A stretch of 24,000 bases of DNA from an uncultured Fidelibacterota bacterium. GTDB taxonomy: Bacteria > Fidelibacterota > Marinisomatia > Marinisomatales > TCS55. The notes under the pieces are model-generated. The model searched no databases and was not told the DNA's origin. It was given only the letters and a program-made list of their open reading frames with translations. The translations under genes were made by a program, and so were the position numbers. The DNA is taken from contig CAJXWT010000007.1 of NCBI GenBank assembly GCA_913062595.1, positions 1 through 24,000 on the forward strand. The letters are read 5' to 3'. Shown here piece by piece: positions 1 through 7,507 of this stretch. Position 1 is the stretch's first letter; every line of letters begins with the position of its first letter.

Positions 1-652
1 GATTTGATGTTACTTTAGTAACTACACCCCTGGTATCAGTTTTCTTTATCATAGATGTATCAACAATACCTTCTCTTACTGTAAGGTAAAACCAGCCATT
101 ATTATTCACGAACGAACTGATGTCGCCATCAGAGAATTGCCGCGATGTGTTAACCCGCAATATGGTTCCATTAGACTTTTGCTCAATAGCTACACCGTTT
201 ATATTGAATTCGATCAGATTCAGACTGAGTAGTTTCTTGGCAGCATCGTAATCCAAACCGGGAAGTATACTCTGCTTCAATATTGAAAAGAAAGATTCCG
301 CGGGCACATAAATTTCATCATATTTACCAAGGGCATGCTTGGACATCTGGAAAACCTGATCATCAACAACCACGAAGCTGGATGAATTCGATATCTTAAC
401 ACGTTGATTACCTATGTATAGTACGATCTTTTGCCGCGCTGCATTTTCAAATGGTAACCTATCTGTGAAAAGTTTGGAAACCTCTTTTACGGACACATAA
501 GGCTCCTGTTCCCCATCCAATACCGCCAGTTCATTATCCTTTTGATTGATCAGGTTCAATACATCTATGGACGCACCGCTGGCTATTGCAGTGAATGAAA
601 TAGATATATAAAGTACAAAGGTGGATAAACCTTTGAAAAATCTGGCGCTCAT
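1..652 (-). CDS. Secreted protein, N-terminal ~217 aa only (the gene runs off the window edge). It has an AMIN-like beta-rich region and may be the N-terminus of a cell-wall amidase-type protein.
   Basis: Absent from the ORF track because it is truncated. My manual reverse-strand translation from the ATG at 652-650 gives MSARFFKGLSTFVLYISISFTAIASGASIDVLNLINQKDNELAVLDGEQEPYVSVKEV...NGVAIEQKSNGTILRVNTSRQFSDGDISSFVNNNGWFYLTVREGIVD. The frame stays open to position 1 and the N-terminus looks like a signal peptide. The domain call is pattern recognition only. Confidence 0.55.
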   Translation of the reverse strand, partial: MSARFFKGLSTFVLYISISFTAIASGASIDVLNLINQKDNELAVLDGEQEPYVSVKEVSKLFTDRLPFENAARQKIVLYIGNQRVKISNSSSFVVVDDQVFQMSKHALGKYDEIYVPAESFFSILKQSILPGLDYDAAKKLLSLNLIEFNINGVAIEQKSNGTILRVNTSRQFSDGDISSFVNNNGWFYLTVREGIVDTSMIKKTDTRGVVTKVTSN

Positions 653-741
653 GGGTACGAAGTTATTCCCGGACTTAATTGATTGCAAATGCACTAACTA
701 AAAACTGACCTGTAAAATTAACGCACCTTATTTATCAAAGA

Positions 742-769
742 TCCCTGAAAATAGCAGATTTAGCAGGGA
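742..769 (-). terminator. Weak stem-loop downstream of the lipoprotein gene; candidate terminator
   Basis: TCCCTG (742-747) pairs with CAGGGA (764-769), giving a 6-bp stem with a 16-nt loop. On the minus strand it is followed by TCTTTGAT. The large loop and short U-tract make it weak. Confidence 0.3.
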
Positions 770-810
770 CGACATTAATGAAGACAATGATACTAGCTAT
801 TCAAGGTAAG

Positions 811-1962
811 CTAATTTCGTTTTGGGGCAATGAAATAGGAACAATTCCGGAATCGATAATGAATTTTACGATGATTGATGATATCTATTGCATGGCTTTC
901 ACCCGAATAGATGCCTGATTTGTAATGTAAAAATAAACGGTTGCCGGAAGGGCTAACGCGGAAATATCCTGAATCGGTATAGTGATCATACCACAAATGT
1001 GTAAAATAGCCATCGGGGAAAAATTCCAAATAATAATTCTGATTGAAGTGTCTTCCCTTAAAGTACTTGCTGGGTTCACCGCCAATAAATGATATAAAAC
1101 TTTCATTGCCTCCCAAGCTATCTATTGGTTCTAATAAATCTACATCATCATTTAAATACCAATCAGATCCAGTAACAAAATGGGTGCCTCCGTGAATCAA
1201 ATTGAGCAACCTTTGGGCAGCTATTTGCAATTCTGCTACACTTTTGGCCGAATCAAGTAACAACCATTCTTCATTAATGATCCTATCAACAGTAGAACTG
1301 TCACGCATTGAACACGCAACATTACCAGTTATCACTGGTTGTAAATCATTATTAAACAGCACCCACTTTTCTATCCAAAAACGGTTTTCAAGCTGTGTTA
1401 GTTGGCGAGTGCCAATAAAACGACCGCGATACGACCACACAGGTAGCGACCAACTAGAATCAATTAGACTGCCCTTACGATCAATTCTACCAGCCTCATT
1501 CCACCAGTAATAATCGTCGTCTTCAAAATGAAACTGTATTTGTCCAGATTCATACCAAATAGTACCTTGAACCATATTAAAGTCATCATCAATTACGAGT
1601 AATGAGGTGCGATTTCCGTTAGGATACCACCAGATAGCTGAATTATCAGGAGCAATTGTTCCATTGACATACATTGCTTCGTGTCGCAATGATCCCGTTT
1701 GGTGATAGCGCATTTCTTTCTTTAGATCATTATACATTATATCATATGTACGAATGATGGCAGGTGATCCATCTGTATAGCGTCTCGTAATCCTTTCCTT
1801 GTACCTATGGGGAATAAGCACAGTCAAATTATCCAATGCTGTTTTTATATTTGTTTTGGGGAGTAAATCTAATTGGCCAAACTTGTAATCAGTACACCCG
1901 CTAATTAAAAATAAAACAGCTACATACATTAACAATTTTCTTTGAATAACCACACTGGCCAT
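811..1962 (-). CDS. Lipoprotein of unknown function, Trp/Tyr-rich, with MORN-variant (YwqK-like) repeats in the N-terminal half
   Basis: Track ORF 811..1968. The first codon at 1968 is TTG and the first ATG is at 1962. The signal peptide MASVVIQRKLLMYVAVLFLISGC ends in a lipobox (ISG|C). Repeats such as YVNGTIAPDNSAIWWYPNG, GTIWYESGQIQ and YYWWNEAGRID resemble MORN/YwqK motifs. Confidence 0.75.
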   Translation of the reverse strand: MASVVIQRKLLMYVAVLFLISGCTDYKFGQLDLLPKTNIKTALDNLTVLIPHRYKERITRRYTDGSPAIIRTYDIMYNDLKKEMRYHQTGSLRHEAMYVNGTIAPDNSAIWWYPNGNRTSLLVIDDDFNMVQGTIWYESGQIQFHFEDDDYYWWNEAGRIDRKGSLIDSSWSLPVWSYRGRFIGTRQLTQLENRFWIEKWVLFNNDLQPVITGNVACSMRDSSTVDRIINEEWLLLDSAKSVAELQIAAQRLLNLIHGGTHFVTGSDWYLNDDVDLLEPIDSLGGNESFISFIGGEPSKYFKGRHFNQNYYLEFFPDGYFTHLWYDHYTDSGYFRVSPSGNRLFLHYKSGIYSGESHAIDIINHRKIHYRFRNCSYFIAPKRN

Positions 1963-2017
1963 GACCAAAGTTCATATATTATTTAACTGAAAATCAGAAA
2001 TATGATATATTAATGAC

Positions 2018-2046
2018 AACGCCCCTTATAATGGGGCGTTTTCATT
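2018..2046. terminator. GC-cored stem-loop at the 3' end of the miniprotein transcription unit
   Basis: AACGCCCC (2018-2025), loop TTATAAT, GGGGCGTT (2033-2040). T-rich on the plus-strand side (TTCATT) and A-rich upstream, so it looks bidirectional. It lies 26 nt downstream of the minus-strand stop at 2066. The minus-strand U-tract is poor. Confidence 0.5.
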
Positions 2047-2065
2047 AATTAATGTGACAATCGGT

Positions 2066-2281
2066 TTATTTGTTCGGATACATCATATAAACCAGATATA
2101 GAACTAGTAAACCCGCTAATCCATTATCGCCAATTTGCGAGAATAAGTTGCCTACACCTGCGATTACACCGAAAGGGTCGTTGAACAATATGCCAACGAT
2201 TATACCGAGAACTACTAAACTAATTAGTAAATCAGTTAATTGTGTAATCCAACCAGTAATCTTTACTATCGCATCATTCAT
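2066..2281 (-). CDS. Small 2-TM membrane protein B (71 aa), paralog of the adjacent gene
   Basis: Track ORF 2066..2341. The internal ATG at 2281 is preceded by AGGAGG-ATAAAT-ATG, so I prefer that start (MNDAIVKITGW...). It has two hydrophobic helices and shares the motif D-x-GLAGLL with the neighbouring gene. Confidence 0.7.
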   Translation of the reverse strand: MNDAIVKITGWITQLTDLLISLVVLGIIVGILFNDPFGVIAGVGNLFSQIGDNGLAGLLVLYLVYMMYPNK

Positions 2282-2357
2282 ATTTATCCTCCTATATGTT
2301 AAGGTAGAGTTTGGGCCCTCGAAAAGAGAGCCCAACGTCATACCCTATTGTTTCAAC

Positions 2358-2564
2358 CTACAGGAAAGAAACAAATATTAACAGTGCGAGTAGGCCTGCC
2401 AGGCCGCCATCCATAAAGGAATTTACCAGTTCGGTAAGACCCAATATTGGATCCATTCCTGTTGGATATAGGATATTGGCAAAGACAAAGAAAACTATTA
2501 GTCCTTTAATTAGACTAACAATTCCACCGACTACGGAATTAACGGTTGATGACAGATCAGCCAT
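2358..2564 (-). CDS. Small 2-TM membrane protein A (68 aa)
   Basis: ATG at 2564 preceded by AGGAGG-AACAAC-ATG. Two hydrophobic helices. It aligns without gaps to protein B (about 18 identical positions by hand), including DGGLAGLL against DNGLAGLL. Confidence 0.7.
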   Translation of the reverse strand: MADLSSTVNSVVGGIVSLIKGLIVFFVFANILYPTGMDPILGLTELVNSFMDGGLAGLLALLIFVSFL

Positions 2565-2587
2565 GTTGTTCCTCCTTGATTTGGTTC

Positions 2588-2618
2588 ATAAGAAAAACGG
2601 GGACTATTCTCCCCGTTT
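2588..2618 (-). terminator. Intrinsic-terminator-shaped hairpin located in the 5' leader of the miniprotein genes
   Basis: Minus strand reads AAACGGGGA-GAATAG-TCCCCGTTT followed by TTCTTATG. That is a 9-bp stem with a GGGG/CCCC core, a 6-nt loop and a U-rich tail. Confidence 0.65.
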
Positions 2619-2700
2619 CATGGTATGCGTTGTATTCGTTTCTACGAATATCTTCATTGTATTAGCCAAATTTAAGCACATTTCTATATATTTCAACATT
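2619..2700 (-). promoter_or_regulatory. Candidate promoter plus leader: TTG-N19-TAAATTTG, a 7-bp hairpin, and a 17-codon uORF
   Basis: On the minus strand, TTG (2696-2694) is followed 19 nt later by TAAATTTG (2674-2667), which resembles the TTTG/TAnnTTTG promoter type known from Bacteroidetes. Hairpin TATTCGT-AGAA-ACGAATA spans 2650-2633. The uORF runs from ATG 2657 to TAG 2604. The promoter assignment is speculative. Confidence 0.3.
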
Positions 2701-2758
2701 AGAATTAAAATAAATGTATAATGATTAATGTAATTAATTTGAATACAGTTGCAAATAA

Positions 2759-3667
2759 TCACCGACGATAATATGCCTTTCGAGCACCGCAGATAACACT
2801 ATAAATAACCAAATACCGGGTTATTGTAATATTAGGTAAAATTATATTAATTAAGCGCAAAAGCTTACTAAGCAGTGCATTGAACAAAAATCTACCTCTC
2901 CAAGTAGTTACCAAATCACCTGCTAATTCTTTATTGTATTCTGGGTACCTATCTAACAGAAGCGGAAGATTGGTCTGCCCATATATTTCCATCTGTTTAC
3001 AAAATTGGTTCAAGGTTCTTTTGTGATGATGTTCTGCGTTTATTTTTGAGGAAAAGCGTAATGCATCGGGGAAATTATGCCATAAACGTATCGCCATATC
3101 TGTATCCTCGCCACCATAGGAAGTAAATTTTTCATCAAACAGACCCGTCTTTTTAATGGCAGATCTTTTCACAGCTGTATTATTGAAAAGAAACCACCTC
3201 CAACCGATAGCTGAGCTTTCTCCAAATTGCCGCGCGCCACGTTGAGCACTGTAAAAATAATGATCCAGTAGATTTGACTCTTCTCCTTTCGGCAAGGTTG
3301 TATTTCCGATAACACCTATAACTTCTTCAGCCATAAGTTCCGCCACAATTAGTTGTAACCAGTCAGGTTGTATGACCATATCGCTGTCCAAAAAACATAC
3401 AATCTCTGATTGACTGTTTTCAATCCCTGTATTTCGTGCTGCTGATAGTCCTTTATTTTTATCATGGTTGAAAAAATAAAAGTTTGGATGCGTTTTAAAA
3501 AATTCAAGATGTTCTTTTGTGCTATCTGTAGATCCATCGTTAACGGCTATAATCGAAAATTTATCCTGAGGGTAGTCTTGCCGAACAAGACTTTTAATAC
3601 ATTGGTCAACGATATGTGCTACGTTATTACAGGGCACAACAACAGCTACTGTTGCTAATTCATTCAT
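2759..3667 (-). CDS. Family 2 glycosyltransferase (GT-A fold)
   Basis: VVVPCNNVAHIVDQCIKSLVRQDYP...IIAVNDGSTDST and an FLDSDM (DxD) motif. The track start at 3673 is TTG. The ATG at 3667 forms an ATGA overlap with the upstream gene's stop (3664-3666), so I prefer it. Confidence 0.9.
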   Translation of the reverse strand: MNELATVAVVVPCNNVAHIVDQCIKSLVRQDYPQDKFSIIAVNDGSTDSTKEHLEFFKTHPNFYFFNHDKNKGLSAARNTGIENSQSEIVCFLDSDMVIQPDWLQLIVAELMAEEVIGVIGNTTLPKGEESNLLDHYFYSAQRGARQFGESSAIGWRWFLFNNTAVKRSAIKKTGLFDEKFTSYGGEDTDMAIRLWHNFPDALRFSSKINAEHHHKRTLNQFCKQMEIYGQTNLPLLLDRYPEYNKELAGDLVTTWRGRFLFNALLSKLLRLINIILPNITITRYLVIYSVICGARKAYYRR

Positions 3668-4749
3668 ACCCAACCTAGATCATTATAATAACCATACAAT
3701 ATATCTGCAGTCTGGTAAAGATCGTGGTAGTTTTGTACCCAAGATCGACCTTTTTGCTGGTATTCTATTATTTTCTCATTATTACTGATCAGATCAACCA
3801 GCGTTTCGTAAAGAGTATCGCCAGTGACATTAACAAATGGGTGATCTGGAATAAATTCCACGTATTCAGGCACTAATTCCGTCACACAACAAAGACCCAT
3901 CGCCAGCGCTTCCACCGAATTCATGCCATAACCCCACCCGCCGCGATTATGAACCTGATCAATGAGTATATCGCACGTTTGTTTAATGCTCTGCACCTCG
4001 TCAAACGGTTTATTTTCCAACAAAATAAATTCAATTTTCTGTTCTTCGGCCAGTTGTTCGCATATAGGAATAATTGTATCGCTCCCTTTATAATGCCGAT
4101 TTGTAGGGCAATGACAAATGCGGATCGGATCATTCAATGCAACGTTGAGTGAGAATTGATTCGTATCAAAAGGCAAAAACATATATTTCATGTTGGGATG
4201 TTTTTCAAGCAAATCAACTTCACTGGTCAAATTTAATTTACTTACCCTGTCAATCGCCCGCAGTACACCTCTGGTACGTAAATCTTGTCCGTGATAGGTG
4301 CAGGTAATTGCCTTATTTAAATCTACAAGACGTTTAACAAAACTACAATCCCGATAAAACTCAAGCCCCCATTCGAGATGGATTATATCGAAGTCTAATA
4401 ATTGGTATTGTTCAATGGTTGGTTCTATTTTGAAATGCCACAGCCAATCGCGAAAACTAAAATACCATCTTTCCAATTTGGAGTGCGGATTCCATATTGG
4501 AGGGAAACCATCCTTTTCTTGGTAATCGCCCAACTGACCCCTATAAAACTGGTAATATTTATGGCGACCTGTCATATACCAAGGTTTTGCCATAACTAAT
4601 GGCAGATTCAAGCATATACCAGAATCAAAATCGTTCCGCGCCTTAAAAAGTGTAACAAACTCACATTGATTACCTTGGGCTTCATGTGCTTTTTTCCACA
4701 AGCTTAATGTACCAACGGTATTTTCAGGAGAGATGTACAGAATTTTCAT
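3664..4749 (-). CDS. GT-B fold glycosyltransferase (GT1/GT4-like, divergent N-terminal domain)
   Basis: MKILYISPEN... N-terminus. The C-terminal half reads GGWGYGMNSVEALAMGLCCVT, typical of the GT4 nucleotide-sugar binding region. The first Glu of the EX7E motif is absent. Confidence 0.8.
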   Translation of the reverse strand: MKILYISPENTVGTLSLWKKAHEAQGNQCEFVTLFKARNDFDSGICLNLPLVMAKPWYMTGRHKYYQFYRGQLGDYQEKDGFPPIWNPHSKLERWYFSFRDWLWHFKIEPTIEQYQLLDFDIIHLEWGLEFYRDCSFVKRLVDLNKAITCTYHGQDLRTRGVLRAIDRVSKLNLTSEVDLLEKHPNMKYMFLPFDTNQFSLNVALNDPIRICHCPTNRHYKGSDTIIPICEQLAEEQKIEFILLENKPFDEVQSIKQTCDILIDQVHNRGGWGYGMNSVEALAMGLCCVTELVPEYVEFIPDHPFVNVTGDTLYETLVDLISNNEKIIEYQQKGRSWVQNYHDLYQTADILYGYYNDLGWV

Positions 4750-4899
4750 AATTTTGCTTGATTAAAGAAAATTGGAACCGGTTAGTTCCTGAATCATTTC
4801 AAGTTACTAAAACGAAGGTTAAATACTAACCAACATCGATTAATCTTCATTGATGGTTTGAATCATAATGAAAGTAAATTTACAACCACATCAAATTCA
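4750..4899. promoter_or_regulatory. Divergent promoter region between the two glycosyltransferase transcription units
   Basis: Flanked by divergent starts at 4749 (-) and 4900 (+), so promoters for both must lie here. Contains GGTTA/TAACC inverted repeats (4780-4831) and a TAAATTTA box about 20 nt before the 4900 ATG. No motif has been validated. Confidence 0.5.
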
Positions 4900-6069
4900 A
4901 TGAAGCTGTTAATTATACCATCTTGGTACCCATCTAATATCCACCCGGAAAGTGGTACATTTTTTCGGGAACGGGCGCTAATACTGCAACGCCATGGTTT
5001 CAACATAACAATTGCCGCTCACATCGTACACTCTGCCCGTGATGTGCTAAAATTCAAACCAGACCCAAATGATAACATGCCGGTAAGTGATAATGAAATG
5101 ATTGTGTATAAAACAGAGGCGCTCAATCCCTACCCCAAGCTACCTAAACAAGCATTCAAAAGTTATAAAAAATCAATTTCAATATTGGTCCAACATATCA
5201 TTGCCAAACAAGGTAAACCAGACCTAGTTTTCATCCATTCATCACTTTTCGCAGGAGCGGCGCTGGCTAAAAACCTTCATGAGCAATCAATTCCCTTTAT
5301 GGTTTCTGAACACCTGAAAGAATTTATCATTGCTGATGGATGGACAGCATTTCAAAAAGCATGTATCAAAGACAGTTACAATTATGCTTCGCGAATAATC
5401 GTCACCAGTGCTGCATTAAAAAACAATATTCAGTCAGGATTTAATATTATTGATGAAAAAATCGTGCTAATCCCCAATCCTGCGGATGTGCAATCATTCT
5501 CGCTAAGAACAGAAAATATTGAAGGCCCTTTCACATTTATTGCAATTGCTTTATTGCGCCAGGAAAAAAGGTTAGACATATTGATCAACGCCTTTGCTAG
5601 ACTAATCGAAAAAATGCCTGATGCAGTCCTTACAATTGTCGGAGATGGTCCGGAAAAAGATAATCTGGAGCTGTTATCACGAAAACTTAACATAAGCAAG
5701 CGTGTTAACTTTACCGGGTACCAGAGAAAACCTGCTGTGGCCGAAATGCTAAGGCACCATCATGTGCTGGTATTATCTAGTGAAGTAGAAACTTTTGGCG
5801 TCGCACTTGTGGAAGCGATGACAGCGGGATTGCCGGTAATAGCGACACGCTGCGGGGGACCAGAATCAATTGTATCGCCAGACACTGGTATGCTAGTGAA
5901 GCGCAATGATCCGTTTAAATTAGCAAAGGCAATGCAGAAGATGATTGATCGCTACTCTACTTATGATCCCAATAAAATTCGCCACATTGCCCTTGAACAA
6001 TATGGAGATAAAACATATGTTACACGAATCACGGAGACAATCAGTTCGATTGTTCAGGCCAAACATTAA
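4900..6069 (+). CDS. Family 4 (GT-B) glycosyltransferase
   Basis: EX7E motif in SSEVETFGVALVEAMTAGLPVIATRCGGPESIV. The track start at 4858 is TTG. The ATG at 4900 gives the typical MKLLIIPSWYP N-terminus. Confidence 0.9.
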   Translation: MKLLIIPSWYPSNIHPESGTFFRERALILQRHGFNITIAAHIVHSARDVLKFKPDPNDNMPVSDNEMIVYKTEALNPYPKLPKQAFKSYKKSISILVQHIIAKQGKPDLVFIHSSLFAGAALAKNLHEQSIPFMVSEHLKEFIIADGWTAFQKACIKDSYNYASRIIVTSAALKNNIQSGFNIIDEKIVLIPNPADVQSFSLRTENIEGPFTFIAIALLRQEKRLDILINAFARLIEKMPDAVLTIVGDGPEKDNLELLSRKLNISKRVNFTGYQRKPAVAEMLRHHHVLVLSSEVETFGVALVEAMTAGLPVIATRCGGPESIVSPDTGMLVKRNDPFKLAKAMQKMIDRYSTYDPNKIRHIALEQYGDKTYVTRITETISSIVQAKH

Positions 6070-7501
6070 GGGATCGCCGAATCCAGGTTCGTTCGCTATG
6101 ATTCAAAAACCCCACCATTGTTAAACCAATAGGATAAAATAATGTTAACATTACTTTAACAAAAAGATCATGACTGCTAACATCATGTAATAAATAAACA
6201 GCAATCATTAGGATTGCAATTCTTAACAAGCGAGACCACTCATAAGCGATTGGATAAAGCGTACGATTAACACTAAATAGGATCACCGCCATTACCATAA
6301 AGGATACACAAGTAGCAATGGCAGCGCCAATCGCACCATAATACGGAATTAGATAAACGTTTAAACCAACGTTGCTAAGAGCACCAATGGCTCTAGTACT
6401 TGCTACCCATATTGATTTTTCCTGTTGAAACACCCCCGGCAATTGCAACAAATATAAACCATGGAATACATATCCTAGTGCGATCCAAGGCACAATATTT
6501 GTGGAAGACCAATAAGCAACGTTATAAACTGTAATACTTCCTAATTGGATCCGAACTATATCATCCACCCAGACCAGTAAAATAATCCAGATAAATCCCA
6601 ATATTGCCAATACATAAGTAGTAATTCTGGCAAATAACGGCTTTTGTTCATTCGTACCGCCTACTTTAAGGAAAAACGGTTGCCAACCCATATTAAATCC
6701 CATTACGATTAACATCATTAGCATTCCTAATTTATACCCCGCACTGTAAATACCGACAGTAGTCAAGTCTGTCATTTCTTTCAGAATATAACGGTCAGCC
6801 AATTCCATTATCATCGCAAATATACCTGAAGGAAGAAAGGGCAGGCCAAAACGCATCATCTTTTTCCACGCTAACACAGAGATTGCAGATAATTTAATAC
6901 GTTTTAGAATAGCAGGTAATGTCAGTAAAAAAAGACTTCCGGAAACAATAAAGTTGCTTAACAGGACACCATATATTCCCATTCCCAATTTCAAGACAAA
7001 CAACAAATTCAACGTCAGCGACCCCAATACATTCAGCAGACTATTGGTTATATATATATATGGTTTTTCTTCTGCACGGAAAATTAATTGCGGAATCGAC
7101 CACATTACATCCATTGCAATGATCCAGCCCACTAATGTCATCAACCTATGATCTGTTGACCCGAGAATAATCGGACCAAGCCAACTCCGGAGCAAGGTTA
7201 TTAATAGCCCAAAACCAATTGATGTAACTAAAAACGAAAACCAAGCTGATGTTAAATAACCAGTTTTTTCTGATACACCAGACTGTACATATCGTTTCAA
7301 GAGAGCTGCATCCAGGCCATAATGCAACACGACACTCATGAAACCCATAAATGTATAGGCCAATGATATAACGCCATAATCATTTGGATTAAAAACATTG
7401 GTATATAATGGCAGTAATAAAAAAGTGACAATTCGTGCCAAGATATGGCCAGCACCATAAACCAACGTATTAAACGTAAGTGCTTTTATCTCTTTTATCA
7501 C
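6041..7501 (-). CDS. Polysaccharide/oligosaccharide flippase (Wzx-like, MOP superfamily)
   Basis: 486 aa and hydrophobic throughout (about 12-14 helices). The N-terminus MIKEIKALTFNTLVYGAGHILARIVTFLLLPLYT is typical of polysaccharide biosynthesis protein families. GTG start at 7501. Confidence 0.85.
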   Translation of the reverse strand: MIKEIKALTFNTLVYGAGHILARIVTFLLLPLYTNVFNPNDYGVISLAYTFMGFMSVVLHYGLDAALLKRYVQSGVSEKTGYLTSAWFSFLVTSIGFGLLITLLRSWLGPIILGSTDHRLMTLVGWIIAMDVMWSIPQLIFRAEEKPYIYITNSLLNVLGSLTLNLLFVLKLGMGIYGVLLSNFIVSGSLFLLTLPAILKRIKLSAISVLAWKKMMRFGLPFLPSGIFAMIMELADRYILKEMTDLTTVGIYSAGYKLGMLMMLIVMGFNMGWQPFFLKVGGTNEQKPLFARITTYVLAILGFIWIILLVWVDDIVRIQLGSITVYNVAYWSSTNIVPWIALGYVFHGLYLLQLPGVFQQEKSIWVASTRAIGALSNVGLNVYLIPYYGAIGAAIATCVSFMVMAVILFSVNRTLYPIAYEWSRLLRIAILMIAVYLLHDVSSHDLFVKVMLTLFYPIGLTMVGFLNHSERTWIRRSLNVWPEQSN

Positions 7502-7507
7502 AATTGA

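Noticed and set aside
2148-2721. Plus-strand ORFs 2148..2381 (77 aa) and 2311..2721 (136 aa) across the miniprotein locus
   Set aside because: They run antisense to two ORFs that have perfect AGGAGG sites, mutual paralogy and clean 2-TM profiles. The 136-aa ORF also reads straight through the terminator hairpin and the AT-rich promoter-like region.
4858-4899. TTG-initiated extension of the GT4 gene (the same issue applies at 22911..22976 for proS and at 3668..3673 for GT2)
   Set aside because: The longest-ORF starts use TTG or add non-conserved residues. The internal ATGs give family-typical N-termini (MKLLIIPSWYP, MSKGVTPQSKDYAAWY, and ATGA coupling for GT2).
7049-7061. (TA)6.5 dinucleotide run inside the flippase gene, plus an 11-nt AT run at 17899..17909 in the ROK gene, considered as phase-variation repeats
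   Set aside because: The runs are short and encode Tyr-Ile alternations (PYIYIT, NIYIA), which naturally produce TA runs in an AT-rich genome. Two unrelated genes show the same pattern, so it is most likely compositional.
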